Shown: in pieces, positions 17,398 to 27,334 of the stretch
How the letters are laid out: each line of letters starts with the position of its first letter
Position numbering within the stretch: position 1 is the first letter of the stretch
IMG/VR virus record: IMGVR_UViG_3300030392_001166
Coordinates: 1 to 43,005 of that record
Source of the DNA: a virus
Lineage: Duplodnaviria > Caudoviricetes
Direction: 5' to 3' (one strand)
DNA length: 43,005 nucleotides
The notes under the pieces: generated by a model
Databases searched by the model: none
What the model was told of the DNA's origin: nothing
The model's input: only the letters and a program-made list of their open reading frames with translations
Made by a program: the position numbers and the translations under genes

Positions 17398-20300
17398 ATG
17401 GCAAAAAAAATAGTATCTGACTCTCCTGAGTTCGACCCTGTTACTTGGGATGATCTGCATGGTTCTCCTGAGGGTAAGCTAGTCACCGAGGAACAATCTC
17501 AGTCCACCGTGTTGCCCCCCAACATGGATCGCTCCGAGTTTGATCCTGTTACATGGGACAGCCTCTACCCTCAGGACTCTTACTATGGGGTTACTCCTAT
17601 CGCGGCCCTGGAAAAAATAGAACCGAATATTAGGGACCTCATAAAAGAAGAATCTCGCGATGTAAGAAAAACTCTGGACCTTCTTAATGCTAGGTCTATT
17701 CCATTCTCTGAGAAACTGAGCAAGAGGTTCGTTGTAGGTGGCTGGGACCTGGTAGGTAGCATAGCTAAGTTCTACTCTACAGGTGCAGGCTTTGGGGGTG
17801 CAGAACGTGGAAAAAGCGTATCTTCGGAGACCCTAGGTTTTGGAGAAGGGCCTGGTTTTGGATTTCAAGGTCTAACTGATCCTACGGGGCCAGCTCCTAC
17901 CAGGGAAGAGCGAAAGGCCGCAGAGTTCCCTAATATGAAAAGAAGGGAAAATCAGGTTGATTCCTTCTTTCATGCCTCGCCCCATATAAATCGCTGGCGT
18001 GAGGAAGTAGCCCAGAACATAGACAACGATTCTGGCAATATAGGAATAGACTTTGTCCTAGATGGCCTTGAGGCTACAGCGCAGAATGGTGCAAACCTAG
18101 GTCTTACCTGGGCCTTTTCTAGAAGTCTCCTAGCGTGGGTTCCATATCTTTCCATGACAGCCCAGGAAGGGCAGGGGATGCTGGATTCTGCTACAGGGAT
18201 GGGTATAACAGACAGCCCAGAACTCAGAGATATGGTGAAACCCTTCGCTCATGCTGCTGGCATGGTAGAGTATGCCGAGATGCTAACTATTATGTACGGC
18301 ATGAGAGGCCGACTAGGAAAAGGAAAAGTAACTCCTAAGGAACGGGTAGCAGAATTCGTAGAGAAAATTCCCTTTATGAAGAAAGTTCTTACGCCCTATT
18401 TAACTAGCATAGGGGTCAACTCTCTAGAAGAGGCTGTTCAGGGTGGCCTTCATATAGCCTTTCTTAAAAAAGCTATTAATGCACAACTAAAATCTGTTGA
18501 TACTCTTGAAGAAATAAATTTCCGTGGAAGTGTTTTTAATGAAGATGGAACCTTAGATATTGATGCTACTTGGACTCAGCTTTGGGAGGATTTTAGGATT
18601 GGCGGCGCGATGGCCTTTGTAACGGGTGGACTAGGAACCGCAACTAGAGGGGCCCTAGCCTATCAGCATAACCGCCGGTTGAATAACAGCGAGTATATCA
18701 AGCAGGTTAAGGAACAGCTGTCCAAGCATCCAGAAATCCAAGAAGATGGTACTATTTCTAAGCCAGAAGGAAAGCTAGACCGTGAGTTACTTTTCAACTG
18801 GCTTCTGGCCGCAGACTCTAACCATAACATCATGGAAATGGAAACTAGGTTCGGACTCCTAGATGCCTTTGCACAATCCATAGGGTATAAGAGCACGGAT
18901 GATTTCATAGCGGAGAACATCACTATAGAGAAAGATGGCCATGTTGGGTTTACCCTAGAGGCTACAGAAGGATTCGATATAGGTCCTGTCTTTCATGGCA
19001 CAGATGCGGCCTTTGATACCTTTGAACTAAGAGAGACTTTTCGAGATGGAGAAAAAGTAGGACCCTCTGCGGCCTTCTTCTTTTCTGAATCTCCTGAACT
19101 AGCAGAAGCCTTTTCTATTAATCGTGCAGCAGATAGGGGAGTCTCTCCTAGTGGCATACGAAATATCCCTGCACGTCTTAGACTTGCTAATCCTCTGGAT
19201 CTTACTAAGAAAACCAAGGCTGTGGTAGAGATCTTGCGCAAGGCAGGAGCAACAGAAGAAGACCTTACAGAAGTTACTCCTGGTCTTATGTGGAACTTCA
19301 TGGACGACGCAGGAGTAGTGAAGGGACTCCAAAAGCAGGGATATGATGGAGCTATTTTTAGTGATGAGGATGCTATTAAGGGATTCGGACTCACTAGGAA
19401 GGCTAAGGGTGCTAGGACGTTTGCTGTCTTTGATGTAAAGAATATCAAGACTGGAACCTTTGGGAAAAAGGGAATCTCCTTTGAGGCCCAGGCTCCCTTT
19501 TTCTCTGGCCTCCAACGGGCTTTTGAAGGCCACAAGGATCTTAAGAATCCTCCTAAGATCTCTTGGCTCCTTAATCAGCCAGGAGTAAAAGAGGCTGAAC
19601 TTGAGCTTACGAACTTCTACGAGTGGTTTGATATTGATCCTGACACTAAGAAACCTAGGGGTGTGGATGCTATTACTACCGAGGAGTGGCAGGAGTTCAA
19701 TGAAGCTAACTCTCTGGAGATCGAGGAGACTACCCTTAGAGCTTTTGAACCGGGACGGATTAAGGAAGAAGCTGATCTAAATGCTTCCATAGATAACAAC
19801 ATACGTCTTTTGATCGAACATGTCAATAATATCCTGGTCGCCACCACCCTTGCCGGTAGGGATTACCAAAAACTAATTCCTGGAACCTACAAAGATACAG
19901 AGGAATTGGTTTTAACTGCTATAGCTCCTTCCATATACATGGAACCCCCACCAGTAGCTGTAGAAGATCTATCAAATCTTCTGAGTACTTCTCTTGAAGG
20001 CACACCCACCCTTGCCGGTAGGGATTTCCAAATGGAAAGCCTTATGGCCAACACCACTATCGGACTTCCCTCTGTTGAAGGGAAGTCTGTCATGGGCGAG
20101 CTCCAAGGGCTTGTTAAACAGAAAAAAGAGATGGAAGAAACTGCGCCGTTTCCCCTAGAAGCAGTAGCCTTTCCAGAAACCATTCCCGAAACATTCCGAG
20201 AGATCTTTATTACAGCCCCTGGAGTAGGAATAAGATCTCCTAGTAGGGCAGTTTCCCGCCAGGAGATTACCACAAACACCAAGATAGGATACCTGCTCCC

Positions 20301-23300
20301 GCGAACCCAAACAGAGCCTTTTACCGATACTGCACTCTATAGAGTAGAAATAGATGGAGAAACCTATGAAACAATAGCTAAAACACATGAGATGGCTGTT
20401 GATAGATTTGAAAGAAGGTTTTCAGGAAAGGAGCCAAGAGATCGAGGCCGGGGACGTTGGACTGATGGCCATAGAGGATATGAGCACATAAAGAATCCTA
20501 TCGCTAGGATACGTCTAGGGGAAGTGAAAGAAGAAGAGGACACTCAGCTTATTTGGGAGGATAGGGGCCGTGAACTTACTCATAACGGAGAGGTCATCCG
20601 TACAGCTGGTACGGATCTTGTAACTCCTGATGGAAAAATCCAAGGAGTGGTTCGACATCGTCAACCCCAGGGTCAAGATCCTCGGCGACTCCCAGGGATT
20701 TCGGACGAGCTTAAGCCCTGGAATGCTAAACTTTTAGTTCCTACTCAAGATATAGGTAACTATGGTTCCAAACAGGACGCCCAATATGCCCTAAGAAATG
20801 CTCTTATGGCTAGAAGTCCTGAGCTTAAACCTAAACCTAGGGCAAAAACCCTCAAGCTCATGGAACTCCAGGCTCCCATACTTTCCCAGATAGAGAAGAT
20901 GCCAACCCCCCTTCAGAAAAATTGGACGAAGATGGCATTACGGCGTTTGGTGATCCACGCTATCCAGAATGGCTATGATAGAATCGAACTTCCTAGTGGA
21001 AAAGAGATAACAGATCTCATGGGAGGAGAACAGGGGAATCTTAGGAACCTGTACGATAAGACTATTCCAAATATCCTTAAAAAGTGGGGAAAGAAGTTTG
21101 ACTCTAAGATAGAGGTAGAGGGAGAGGGAGAGGTATCAGAAAAGTTAGATCTTCTGAGTGTTTTAGATAACTTGGTAGCTGAGGGTATTGATTCGTTTAC
21201 TTTTGATGTGGAAGATGATGATGTCGCCGGATTCGGAGGATTCATCGAGGGCAGTATCACGGAATATAAAGTCAGTAAGACCTTAACCTTGGCACCTGCC
21301 AGCGGCGCGATGGCCCATGTCAAAGCTGAGGCAAGAATTCAGCATCTGGAGGGGGATTTTTCTAGCTGGAGGACAGTTCCTCTTGAAGTTTTAGTGGATG
21401 CTTATGAGAGAAGTATTAAAAAACAGCAAAAAGATAAGAAAACATTCTTTGTTCCCTCGGAGAAACTAAAGAAACTAATAGGAGTTCAGGGTGGCAGACC
21501 TATCTTTGAGCAACTAGATGCCTCTGGCATGAACTCCAAGGGGCAGATAACCTTTACGGAAATGGGTGCCCTTATAGAACTTTTTGAGGGCAATGACTTT
21601 ACTACACTCCTGGAAGAGTTCTCTCATCTCTTCGCACGGCATCTTAATCCTGAGAATACCGAGGTCTTAGGGGCCTGGACTGAGTTCTATACTAAGCAAT
21701 TCCCAGGTGCAAGGAAGCAATTAGAGGAACGGCTGGGAATCCCGGAGAGTGTCTCTAGTAAATGGAGTCCTAAGGATATAATCAATGCTCTTATTAATTT
21801 TCAGGAAGATCAAAGCTCCCTTACAGCTGAAGAAACTCAAATGGTTACGGCGGCACAGGAACTATTTGCTGGACAGTTTAAGCTATATATTACTGACCCT
21901 AAGTTCAAGGCTCCTACTAAGAGACTTAAGGGACTCTTTGAGAAAAACCAGATCTTTATGCGGAAATTCTTCCTAGATCTCAAGAAGGGAAAGTTCTCCG
22001 CTACCACGATACCTTTCGTAGAATCTAAAAAGATCCATCCAGACATGGAAAATCTTTTTAATAGCATCATGGTGGCAGACGGCGAACGGTTTGGGGGAGA
22101 AATAGTAACAGGGGGAGGAGTAGCTGCACTCCAAGCAGAAGATCCAGCTCAGTTCGAAATGATAAAAGAGGGACTCCGACAGCAGAAAGGTCGATTCCCT
22201 GTCTCCCGCCAGGAAAACCATGCCGTAATAAAAATAGCAATCGGTGAGGGAAAGGTAGCTACTATACGGGTGGACAATATCATTCGGGGTGAGAGGCCTA
22301 CTACGGAACAAAAGAACTACCTAGGAAAAGATGTTCGGTGGCAGTCACCCTTAGATGGAGACACGAAACTTAACTTCGAACAACTTACGAAGAAAGATTT
22401 TGAGAACCTGGCAGAAGAAAAAGTTCCCTATGACTGGAATTTCCTATCCAAGCTGACTAGGAAGGAACTCGATAGGTTTGCTAAACGTATTGGGATCGAA
22501 TCCTCTAGAGCTATCCTAGATAAGGTCACCCTTATAGAACACATGATCGAATTTCATCGTGCTAAGATGGCAGATTCTAAGACTGAGACAGAAGAGTGGG
22601 ACGCTTATTTAATAGAAAGTATTATGGATAGTTCAGACCTAGTGCAGAAGATATCCTTGGGTGGTGTACCTGCTGGACGATGGCTGTATACTTCCTGGGC
22701 TAAAGGATATTCTAGGTATATCATCCAATCAGGTGGGACGGTTTCCCCCTTCTCTCGCCGGGTTTCCCAGATGGTCAATGGCGCAATAGATAAATCCAAG
22801 AGTCTTATCGGACGCCAGATGGATAACATGCTGAGGGTTCAAATACTATCCAGAAATATTAGGAAGAAACCTAGGAAAGGTCCTCTCTTTAAAAAAACTG
22901 GTGAGAAACATAATTGGATTAATCCAGATTTAAAGCATACCCAAAGTACGGCAGCTACTCATAGGGAGCACCAAGGAGAAAAAATAATAGGTCCATCGAA
23001 AAAAGCAGGAACCTATACGATAGAAAAGGGTCCAGCTCTATTAGAACCAGATAACTATGAGGGCGTCTTTGATGATACTGAGGCTAGTCCAGAACTTCTG
23101 GATCTAATAGCTGAGGAGAAGGCTCTGTATGGCTTACAAGGTATGCTAGCAGAAAAACAGGGCATGAAGATCACTTTGATTTCTAGAGTCCAACAAGAGG
23201 ATGGAACCTTTAAGAGAGAAAAGAAAAAGGTTCTCTTTAAGGCTAGGAGAAAAGAGGGCTTTAAGAATGTATCTACGGAAGATCTTGAAGAGCACATGCT

Positions 23301-25536
23301 CGCAGGTAGATTTCCTAGAGCTGCCACGGATGAGTTCTGGATGGCTATGATGGACACAGACTCAGGAGCTAGGAATGCTATTGCTATGGCCCTCTCGGAT
23401 CTGAACTCTGCATCTTTTACTTTTAATGAGGCCAAACAAGAACTAGAAGAATTCCATAAAAGTCTAATGGGAAAAGCGGAAAACCGTCCTATTAATATGG
23501 AAATGATGCGTATATTCAAGAGGGTACCTGCTAGTGTTTGGGTCCCTAGGCCGCTGGGAGGTACTAAGAAGATAAGACTTTACGAGACAGATCCGTTTCT
23601 TATGGCAGAAAGAGAAGTTCCCAGAGTAGGGGATCGTTTAGGATTTATAAGTCAGTTCGGTCAGAATTCTAAGGATCATAATGCAATAGCTAGAGACTTT
23701 GTTAACGCTGGACATAGGTTAGTGGATCTTCAAAGGGTATTCCGCGCCTTGAATGGTGCGCCTATGTTTACCCTTCCTCCTACTTTTGGCATGGGACATC
23801 CTGCACTCCTGGGGTACAGGCTTCTTAATGCTAACATGCACATTTGGAAAGCAGGACAGCTCACTAATATTCTGGCTCTTAATATCCCGGAGACTCTAGC
23901 TCTTATGTCTTTCGGCGGTCCTGGGAGATATACCAAGGTCCTAGGAAGAATGATAGGGACGAAGCTGACAGTTGATACGGCCCTTGCGAATGATATGCGC
24001 CGACAGCAAGTAGCCTTGGGGTCTAAAAGTGAGTCTCTATTTAATTTAGCAATCAGAAGCGGGGAAACCTGGGACAAGACAGTAGAAGAATTCGCCAGAC
24101 AGATGGGAGAACTTACTCTTAAAGTTACTGGTGGTACATGGATTACAGCCCTTAACGAGCTCCTTGCAGGACTCCTGGGAACAGAACTAGCAAACGACGG
24201 TGCAGCCTATAGAGCAGGAGATGAAACTAAGATTACCCTCCATGATATGGTACGAATGGAGATACTAGGATTCACTCCTATCGAGGTAGATATCTGGCTA
24301 GGTAAAAAGGAACTCAGCACTAAGGAGGAAACAGATGCTGAGCTTCAGAGAATTTCCAATGCTATCTCTACTAGGATGCCAGCTCTTACGCAGGGAACTA
24401 ACCTTCGGCCAGCGGAGCGTTCTAAGTTTGCCAATCATCCTTTGTGGAAGTTTATCTATACCTTTGATTCTTTCGCTATGATGAGAACAGCCAGGATCTT
24501 TGAACAAATTCACGAGATGGCTACCCTTTTGCGCCCTAGTAATCCCCTACATCAAGGAAAGACAGAAGAAGAGAAGAAGAAAAACAAGAAAGAAATAGGT
24601 GCCAAGATTGCAGTAGCCTCAGAGTTTTTCTTTATGACTGGTGTAGCGGCAGGAGCAGCTGTATTCCTTCGAAATCTTACGACTAACCCTACGGGAATCC
24701 TGGGTATAGCAGATTGGGATGATGAAGATGAGATTCCTGTGGATTTCTCTGAGCTCTTCGTAGAGTTTGGAATGATGGGCTGGATGTCAGGTCCATCTCA
24801 GTCTCTTCTGCATCAGACAGAAAGAGGAGAAGGGAACATCGCGAATATCTTAGTTAACTCTATTTCTACTAAGTCTATGGTTCACGATTATTGGGAGTTT
24901 GTTAATTATTTCTGGGGAGAGATCCCAGGCAAGCAGCCCGCTAAGGGTAGTAAGCTCCGACGAGAGTTGAACGGACTAGAAGCTAGTCTTAGATTTCTTC
25001 AGCGGCAGAACTCTGTCTCTAAGCCTATTAATATGCTAGCTATGATGACAGGAATAGGATCTCCTAACATAGAGCTAGATCATGCCTTCCGAAGACATAG
25101 GGCTTTTGTTCAGAAGTTTGCTGGCAAGGACCCTAGGTGGAGGAGCAGGTTCGGAGGTGAGGTTATAGCTGAAGTAGATGAGAGTCTGAAATTCCATCGC
25201 TTAATGAAAAAGGCTACCTCTCTTATGTCTAAGTCTAGAGCAATTGAAGGAAAGCAATCTTTTACGTTCAAGCACGAGGACTTAGTAGTGGAGCTTAACA
25301 AGATTCTTCAAGAGGCTGACCTCTATGCTCTGGACAATAACAGCGTAAGAAGTTCCCTTAAGGGAAAGCGAGTAATTCGAAAGGTCCCAACTGAACTCCT
25401 GGAGGAGTATGTGGCTTTCATGCCCGATAAATCTATTGAGGTCCTTAGAGAATACGATGCTCTCTTAGATTGGGTGGCAGATGGTATCTCCAATAGAGGT
25501 CTAGAACCAGGGGAGCTTGGGATCGTTGACTTTTAA
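17398..25536 (+). CDS. 2712-aa large polyvalent internal virion protein with ART-PolyVal-like and degenerate zincin-like domains
   Basis: VFHGT..FFFSES..A..F..RLANPLD..GYDGAIF..FAVFD (ART-like); KGQITF..DFTTLLEEFSH..ELFA (MPTase-like); long helical C-terminal region. Confidence 0.8.
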   Translation: MAKKIVSDSPEFDPVTWDDLHGSPEGKLVTEEQSQSTVLPPNMDRSEFDPVTWDSLYPQDSYYGVTPIAALEKIEPNIRDLIKEESRDVRKTLDLLNARSIPFSEKLSKRFVVGGWDLVGSIAKFYSTGAGFGGAERGKSVSSETLGFGEGPGFGFQGLTDPTGPAPTREERKAAEFPNMKRRENQVDSFFHASPHINRWREEVAQNIDNDSGNIGIDFVLDGLEATAQNGANLGLTWAFSRSLLAWVPYLSMTAQEGQGMLDSATGMGITDSPELRDMVKPFAHAAGMVEYAEMLTIMYGMRGRLGKGKVTPKERVAEFVEKIPFMKKVLTPYLTSIGVNSLEEAVQGGLHIAFLKKAINAQLKSVDTLEEINFRGSVFNEDGTLDIDATWTQLWEDFRIGGAMAFVTGGLGTATRGALAYQHNRRLNNSEYIKQVKEQLSKHPEIQEDGTISKPEGKLDRELLFNWLLAADSNHNIMEMETRFGLLDAFAQSIGYKSTDDFIAENITIEKDGHVGFTLEATEGFDIGPVFHGTDAAFDTFELRETFRDGEKVGPSAAFFFSESPELAEAFSINRAADRGVSPSGIRNIPARLRLANPLDLTKKTKAVVEILRKAGATEEDLTEVTPGLMWNFMDDAGVVKGLQKQGYDGAIFSDEDAIKGFGLTRKAKGARTFAVFDVKNIKTGTFGKKGISFEAQAPFFSGLQRAFEGHKDLKNPPKISWLLNQPGVKEAELELTNFYEWFDIDPDTKKPRGVDAITTEEWQEFNEANSLEIEETTLRAFEPGRIKEEADLNASIDNNIRLLIEHVNNILVATTLAGRDYQKLIPGTYKDTEELVLTAIAPSIYMEPPPVAVEDLSNLLSTSLEGTPTLAGRDFQMESLMANTTIGLPSVEGKSVMGELQGLVKQKKEMEETAPFPLEAVAFPETIPETFREIFITAPGVGIRSPSRAVSRQEITTNTKIGYLLPRTQTEPFTDTALYRVEIDGETYETIAKTHEMAVDRFERRFSGKEPRDRGRGRWTDGHRGYEHIKNPIARIRLGEVKEEEDTQLIWEDRGRELTHNGEVIRTAGTDLVTPDGKIQGVVRHRQPQGQDPRRLPGISDELKPWNAKLLVPTQDIGNYGSKQDAQYALRNALMARSPELKPKPRAKTLKLMELQAPILSQIEKMPTPLQKNWTKMALRRLVIHAIQNGYDRIELPSGKEITDLMGGEQGNLRNLYDKTIPNILKKWGKKFDSKIEVEGEGEVSEKLDLLSVLDNLVAEGIDSFTFDVEDDDVAGFGGFIEGSITEYKVSKTLTLAPASGAMAHVKAEARIQHLEGDFSSWRTVPLEVLVDAYERSIKKQQKDKKTFFVPSEKLKKLIGVQGGRPIFEQLDASGMNSKGQITFTEMGALIELFEGNDFTTLLEEFSHLFARHLNPENTEVLGAWTEFYTKQFPGARKQLEERLGIPESVSSKWSPKDIINALINFQEDQSSLTAEETQMVTAAQELFAGQFKLYITDPKFKAPTKRLKGLFEKNQIFMRKFFLDLKKGKFSATTIPFVESKKIHPDMENLFNSIMVADGERFGGEIVTGGGVAALQAEDPAQFEMIKEGLRQQKGRFPVSRQENHAVIKIAIGEGKVATIRVDNIIRGERPTTEQKNYLGKDVRWQSPLDGDTKLNFEQLTKKDFENLAEEKVPYDWNFLSKLTRKELDRFAKRIGIESSRAILDKVTLIEHMIEFHRAKMADSKTETEEWDAYLIESIMDSSDLVQKISLGGVPAGRWLYTSWAKGYSRYIIQSGGTVSPFSRRVSQMVNGAIDKSKSLIGRQMDNMLRVQILSRNIRKKPRKGPLFKKTGEKHNWINPDLKHTQSTAATHREHQGEKIIGPSKKAGTYTIEKGPALLEPDNYEGVFDDTEASPELLDLIAEEKALYGLQGMLAEKQGMKITLISRVQQEDGTFKREKKKVLFKARRKEGFKNVSTEDLEEHMLAGRFPRAATDEFWMAMMDTDSGARNAIAMALSDLNSASFTFNEAKQELEEFHKSLMGKAENRPINMEMMRIFKRVPASVWVPRPLGGTKKIRLYETDPFLMAEREVPRVGDRLGFISQFGQNSKDHNAIARDFVNAGHRLVDLQRVFRALNGAPMFTLPPTFGMGHPALLGYRLLNANMHIWKAGQLTNILALNIPETLALMSFGGPGRYTKVLGRMIGTKLTVDTALANDMRRQQVALGSKSESLFNLAIRSGETWDKTVEEFARQMGELTLKVTGGTWITALNELLAGLLGTELANDGAAYRAGDETKITLHDMVRMEILGFTPIEVDIWLGKKELSTKEETDAELQRISNAISTRMPALTQGTNLRPAERSKFANHPLWKFIYTFDSFAMMRTARIFEQIHEMATLLRPSNPLHQGKTEEEKKKNKKEIGAKIAVASEFFFMTGVAAGAAVFLRNLTTNPTGILGIADWDDEDEIPVDFSELFVEFGMMGWMSGPSQSLLHQTERGEGNIANILVNSISTKSMVHDYWEFVNYFWGEIPGKQPAKGSKLRRELNGLEASLRFLQRQNSVSKPINMLAMMTGIGSPNIELDHAFRRHRAFVQKFAGKDPRWRSRFGGEVIAEVDESLKFHRLMKKATSLMSKSRAIEGKQSFTFKHEDLVVELNKILQEADLYALDNNSVRSSLKGKRVIRKVPTELLEEYVAFMPDKSIEVLREYDALLDWVADGISNRGLEPGELGIVDF

Positions 25537-25867
25537 ATATAAAAACAAAAAAGAGATCCAGTATTATTCCCGTCGATATAACCGATCTGTCACTGTTCCT
25601 GAAGGATACCCTTCTGATGGGGCTACCTTTGCAGTTGATATCTATTCCGATGCCTGGTGGGTGCATGATTTACTATGTGATAGAGGAACATGGAACAATG
25701 GTACTCCCTGTACTAACATACAAGCTAGTTGGGTACTAAGTGATATTCTTAATAGGGAGAAGAGAGTCTTTCGAGCAGTGTATTGGTTTTGGGGTACGCT
25801 GTTCTTTGGGGGAAAAAAGCTAAGAAAAGAAAACGGACTCTTCCGTTTAAAGAAAGAGAAAAGATGA
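25517..25867 (+). CDS. DUF1353-like protein
   Basis: VTVPEGYPSDGAT and WVHDLLC motifs. Confidence 0.75.
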   Translation: MGSLTFKYKNKKEIQYYSRRYNRSVTVPEGYPSDGATFAVDIYSDAWWVHDLLCDRGTWNNGTPCTNIQASWVLSDILNREKRVFRAVYWFWGTLFFGGKKLRKENGLFRLKKEKR

Positions 25868-26037
25868 TAACATATACCACTCCCATAGGAAGAATAGTTA
25901 GGAACAATAGGGGTCAATGGCAAATGCTAGGAGACAAAGGGTGGACTAACCTCAGGTGGGTACCTGAGAACCTTAAGAAAGAGAACGATGCGAATAGCAC
26001 TAATAGACCAGACGGGAACTTGCAGAACGATAGCTGA
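25864..26037 (+). CDS. Small hypothetical protein (57 aa)
   Basis: ATGA coupling to the DUF1353 gene; fills the gap to the next gene. Confidence 0.45.
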   Translation: MITYTTPIGRIVRNNRGQWQMLGDKGWTNLRWVPENLKKENDANSTNRPDGNLQNDS

Positions 26038-26896
26038 CAAGGGGTATGATTGTTTTCTAGGAAGTCTAGAGGAAAATGCCGACGGGTATTTTTGCGGCCA
26101 GCTTACTCATACTAATGGAACAGGACCAGTTGCGAATTCCTGCACGGCGATGCTTCGGTTCTCCCTAGAACCTGAGATGCTTCATGAGTACCTCCATGCG
26201 CTAGGATGTTCCGGGAAAGATCCAGTGTCCTATGTCTATGGACTCTTTAATGGAAAGGAGTTCTCGGATCTTATCGAGGTAAGTTTTTCTGGACGGTTTA
26301 TGAACCACGAGGTAGGGCCACATCTTGGGTTTACATGTGGTACGGCGATTAAGATTTCTGAGGATTTCGGGGCTGCTATTCCTCAGTATACCAATGTCTT
26401 AGAAAGCCTGAGTTCGATGAATTATCGCGGTGAGGTTTGCTTCGGAATTGCTAAAAACTTCGAACTCGTAAACCTTACTTTTGGACATTTCTATGGACAC
26501 TTCGCTCTTTTTGCGGAACTCGCTCTTAATAAGGTTCAGGATATCCTTGAGTTCATTTTTGGTGAGGTAATTACCTGTCCACTCAGAGATGGCATTGCTC
26601 TTGGGAATCTGGTAACCAAGTATCCCTTTCCCGCCCACGGTGAGGGAAGAATAACGGCTCCCAGGAATGCAGAGACACATCTTTGGAGAATGTTCTACCC
26701 CATCAATCAGGAAAAGGTTCTCGTTACCGCCCACGGTAAGACTCTGCGGGAAGCAAAACAAAGAGTATACAGGAGTATTAATAATATGGCATCCTACGAT
26801 GATACTATTCAGTACCGAAGTGACTTTTATCGGAACGAGGACTTCCTTTTAGTGGAAGAAGATTTTAAGGCGATGCTTCCTAGGGAGAGTGGATAG
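25988..26896 (+). CDS. Divergent PurD/GARS-like ATP-grasp protein
   Basis: RFMNHEVGPHLGFTCG resembles the GARS GPNTGGMG loop region; LVTAHGKTLREAKQRVY..IQYRSD matches the GARS C-domain. Confidence 0.65.
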   Translation: MRIALIDQTGTCRTIADKGYDCFLGSLEENADGYFCGQLTHTNGTGPVANSCTAMLRFSLEPEMLHEYLHALGCSGKDPVSYVYGLFNGKEFSDLIEVSFSGRFMNHEVGPHLGFTCGTAIKISEDFGAAIPQYTNVLESLSSMNYRGEVCFGIAKNFELVNLTFGHFYGHFALFAELALNKVQDILEFIFGEVITCPLRDGIALGNLVTKYPFPAHGEGRITAPRNAETHLWRMFYPINQEKVLVTAHGKTLREAKQRVYRSINNMASYDDTIQYRSDFYRNEDFLLVEEDFKAMLPRESG

Positions 26897-26908
26897 AGAT
26901 TCCTTTGG

Positions 26909-27316
26909 TTACCCAGGATCAGGGGGCCCCTGCCTTTTTCGTCGGCGCTTTAGTTTTTCGATCGTTATTGGTTTATCCCCAATCGCACATGTGTTCTCGC
27001 AACGCCGCCACCACCCCGGATAGTTCCATTCGTAAGGAAAATCCCGGCACTGCTGGGGCCGGACAGGATAGACTGCACAACTATTATCGCTGTTAAGGAA
27101 AACACAAGCGGAGTCATCGACTTTGTCCTTGAGAATCATCCCAGACCCGCTTGGACCAAACTTGGTGAACTTTTGCTTAAATTCGATCAGCGAGTAGCCC
27201 AGGTATTCCGCTATACGCTCAGCTTCTCCAGCTTCGAGGTGTACTCCCTCACCCCCACGGCAACAGTTTCCGCAACCCCAGCATACGAATTGTTTAAGTC
27301 GTTCGCTCGTGTTCAT
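26909..27316 (-). CDS. YkgJ-family (CxxCxxCC) putative Zn/Fe-chelating protein
   Basis: CWGCGNCC, CVFL, CAVYPVRPQQCRDFP. Confidence 0.9.
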   Translation of the reverse strand: MNTSERLKQFVCWGCGNCCRGGEGVHLEAGEAERIAEYLGYSLIEFKQKFTKFGPSGSGMILKDKVDDSACVFLNSDNSCAVYPVRPQQCRDFPYEWNYPGWWRRCENTCAIGDKPITIEKLKRRRKRQGPPDPG

Positions 27317-27334
27317 CTACTTGACAACTGTACG

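Noticed and set aside
19844-20032. Diversity-generating retroelement template/variable repeat pair
   Set aside because: The repeat is only 27 bp and no reverse transcriptase is encoded
17398-25536. Virion RNA polymerase (N4- or crAss-like) in the giant ORF
   Set aside because: No DxDGD or T7-type polymerase motifs were found; the domains seen are of the polyvalent-protein type
25517-25867. DUF1353 protein as the endolysin
   Set aside because: Its function is not established and it shows no known peptidoglycan hydrolase motif
594-25923. Numerous minus-strand ORFs in the late arm, and plus-strand ORFs in the early arm
   Set aside because: They are antisense shadows of longer motif-bearing genes, with no RBS or recognisable motifs
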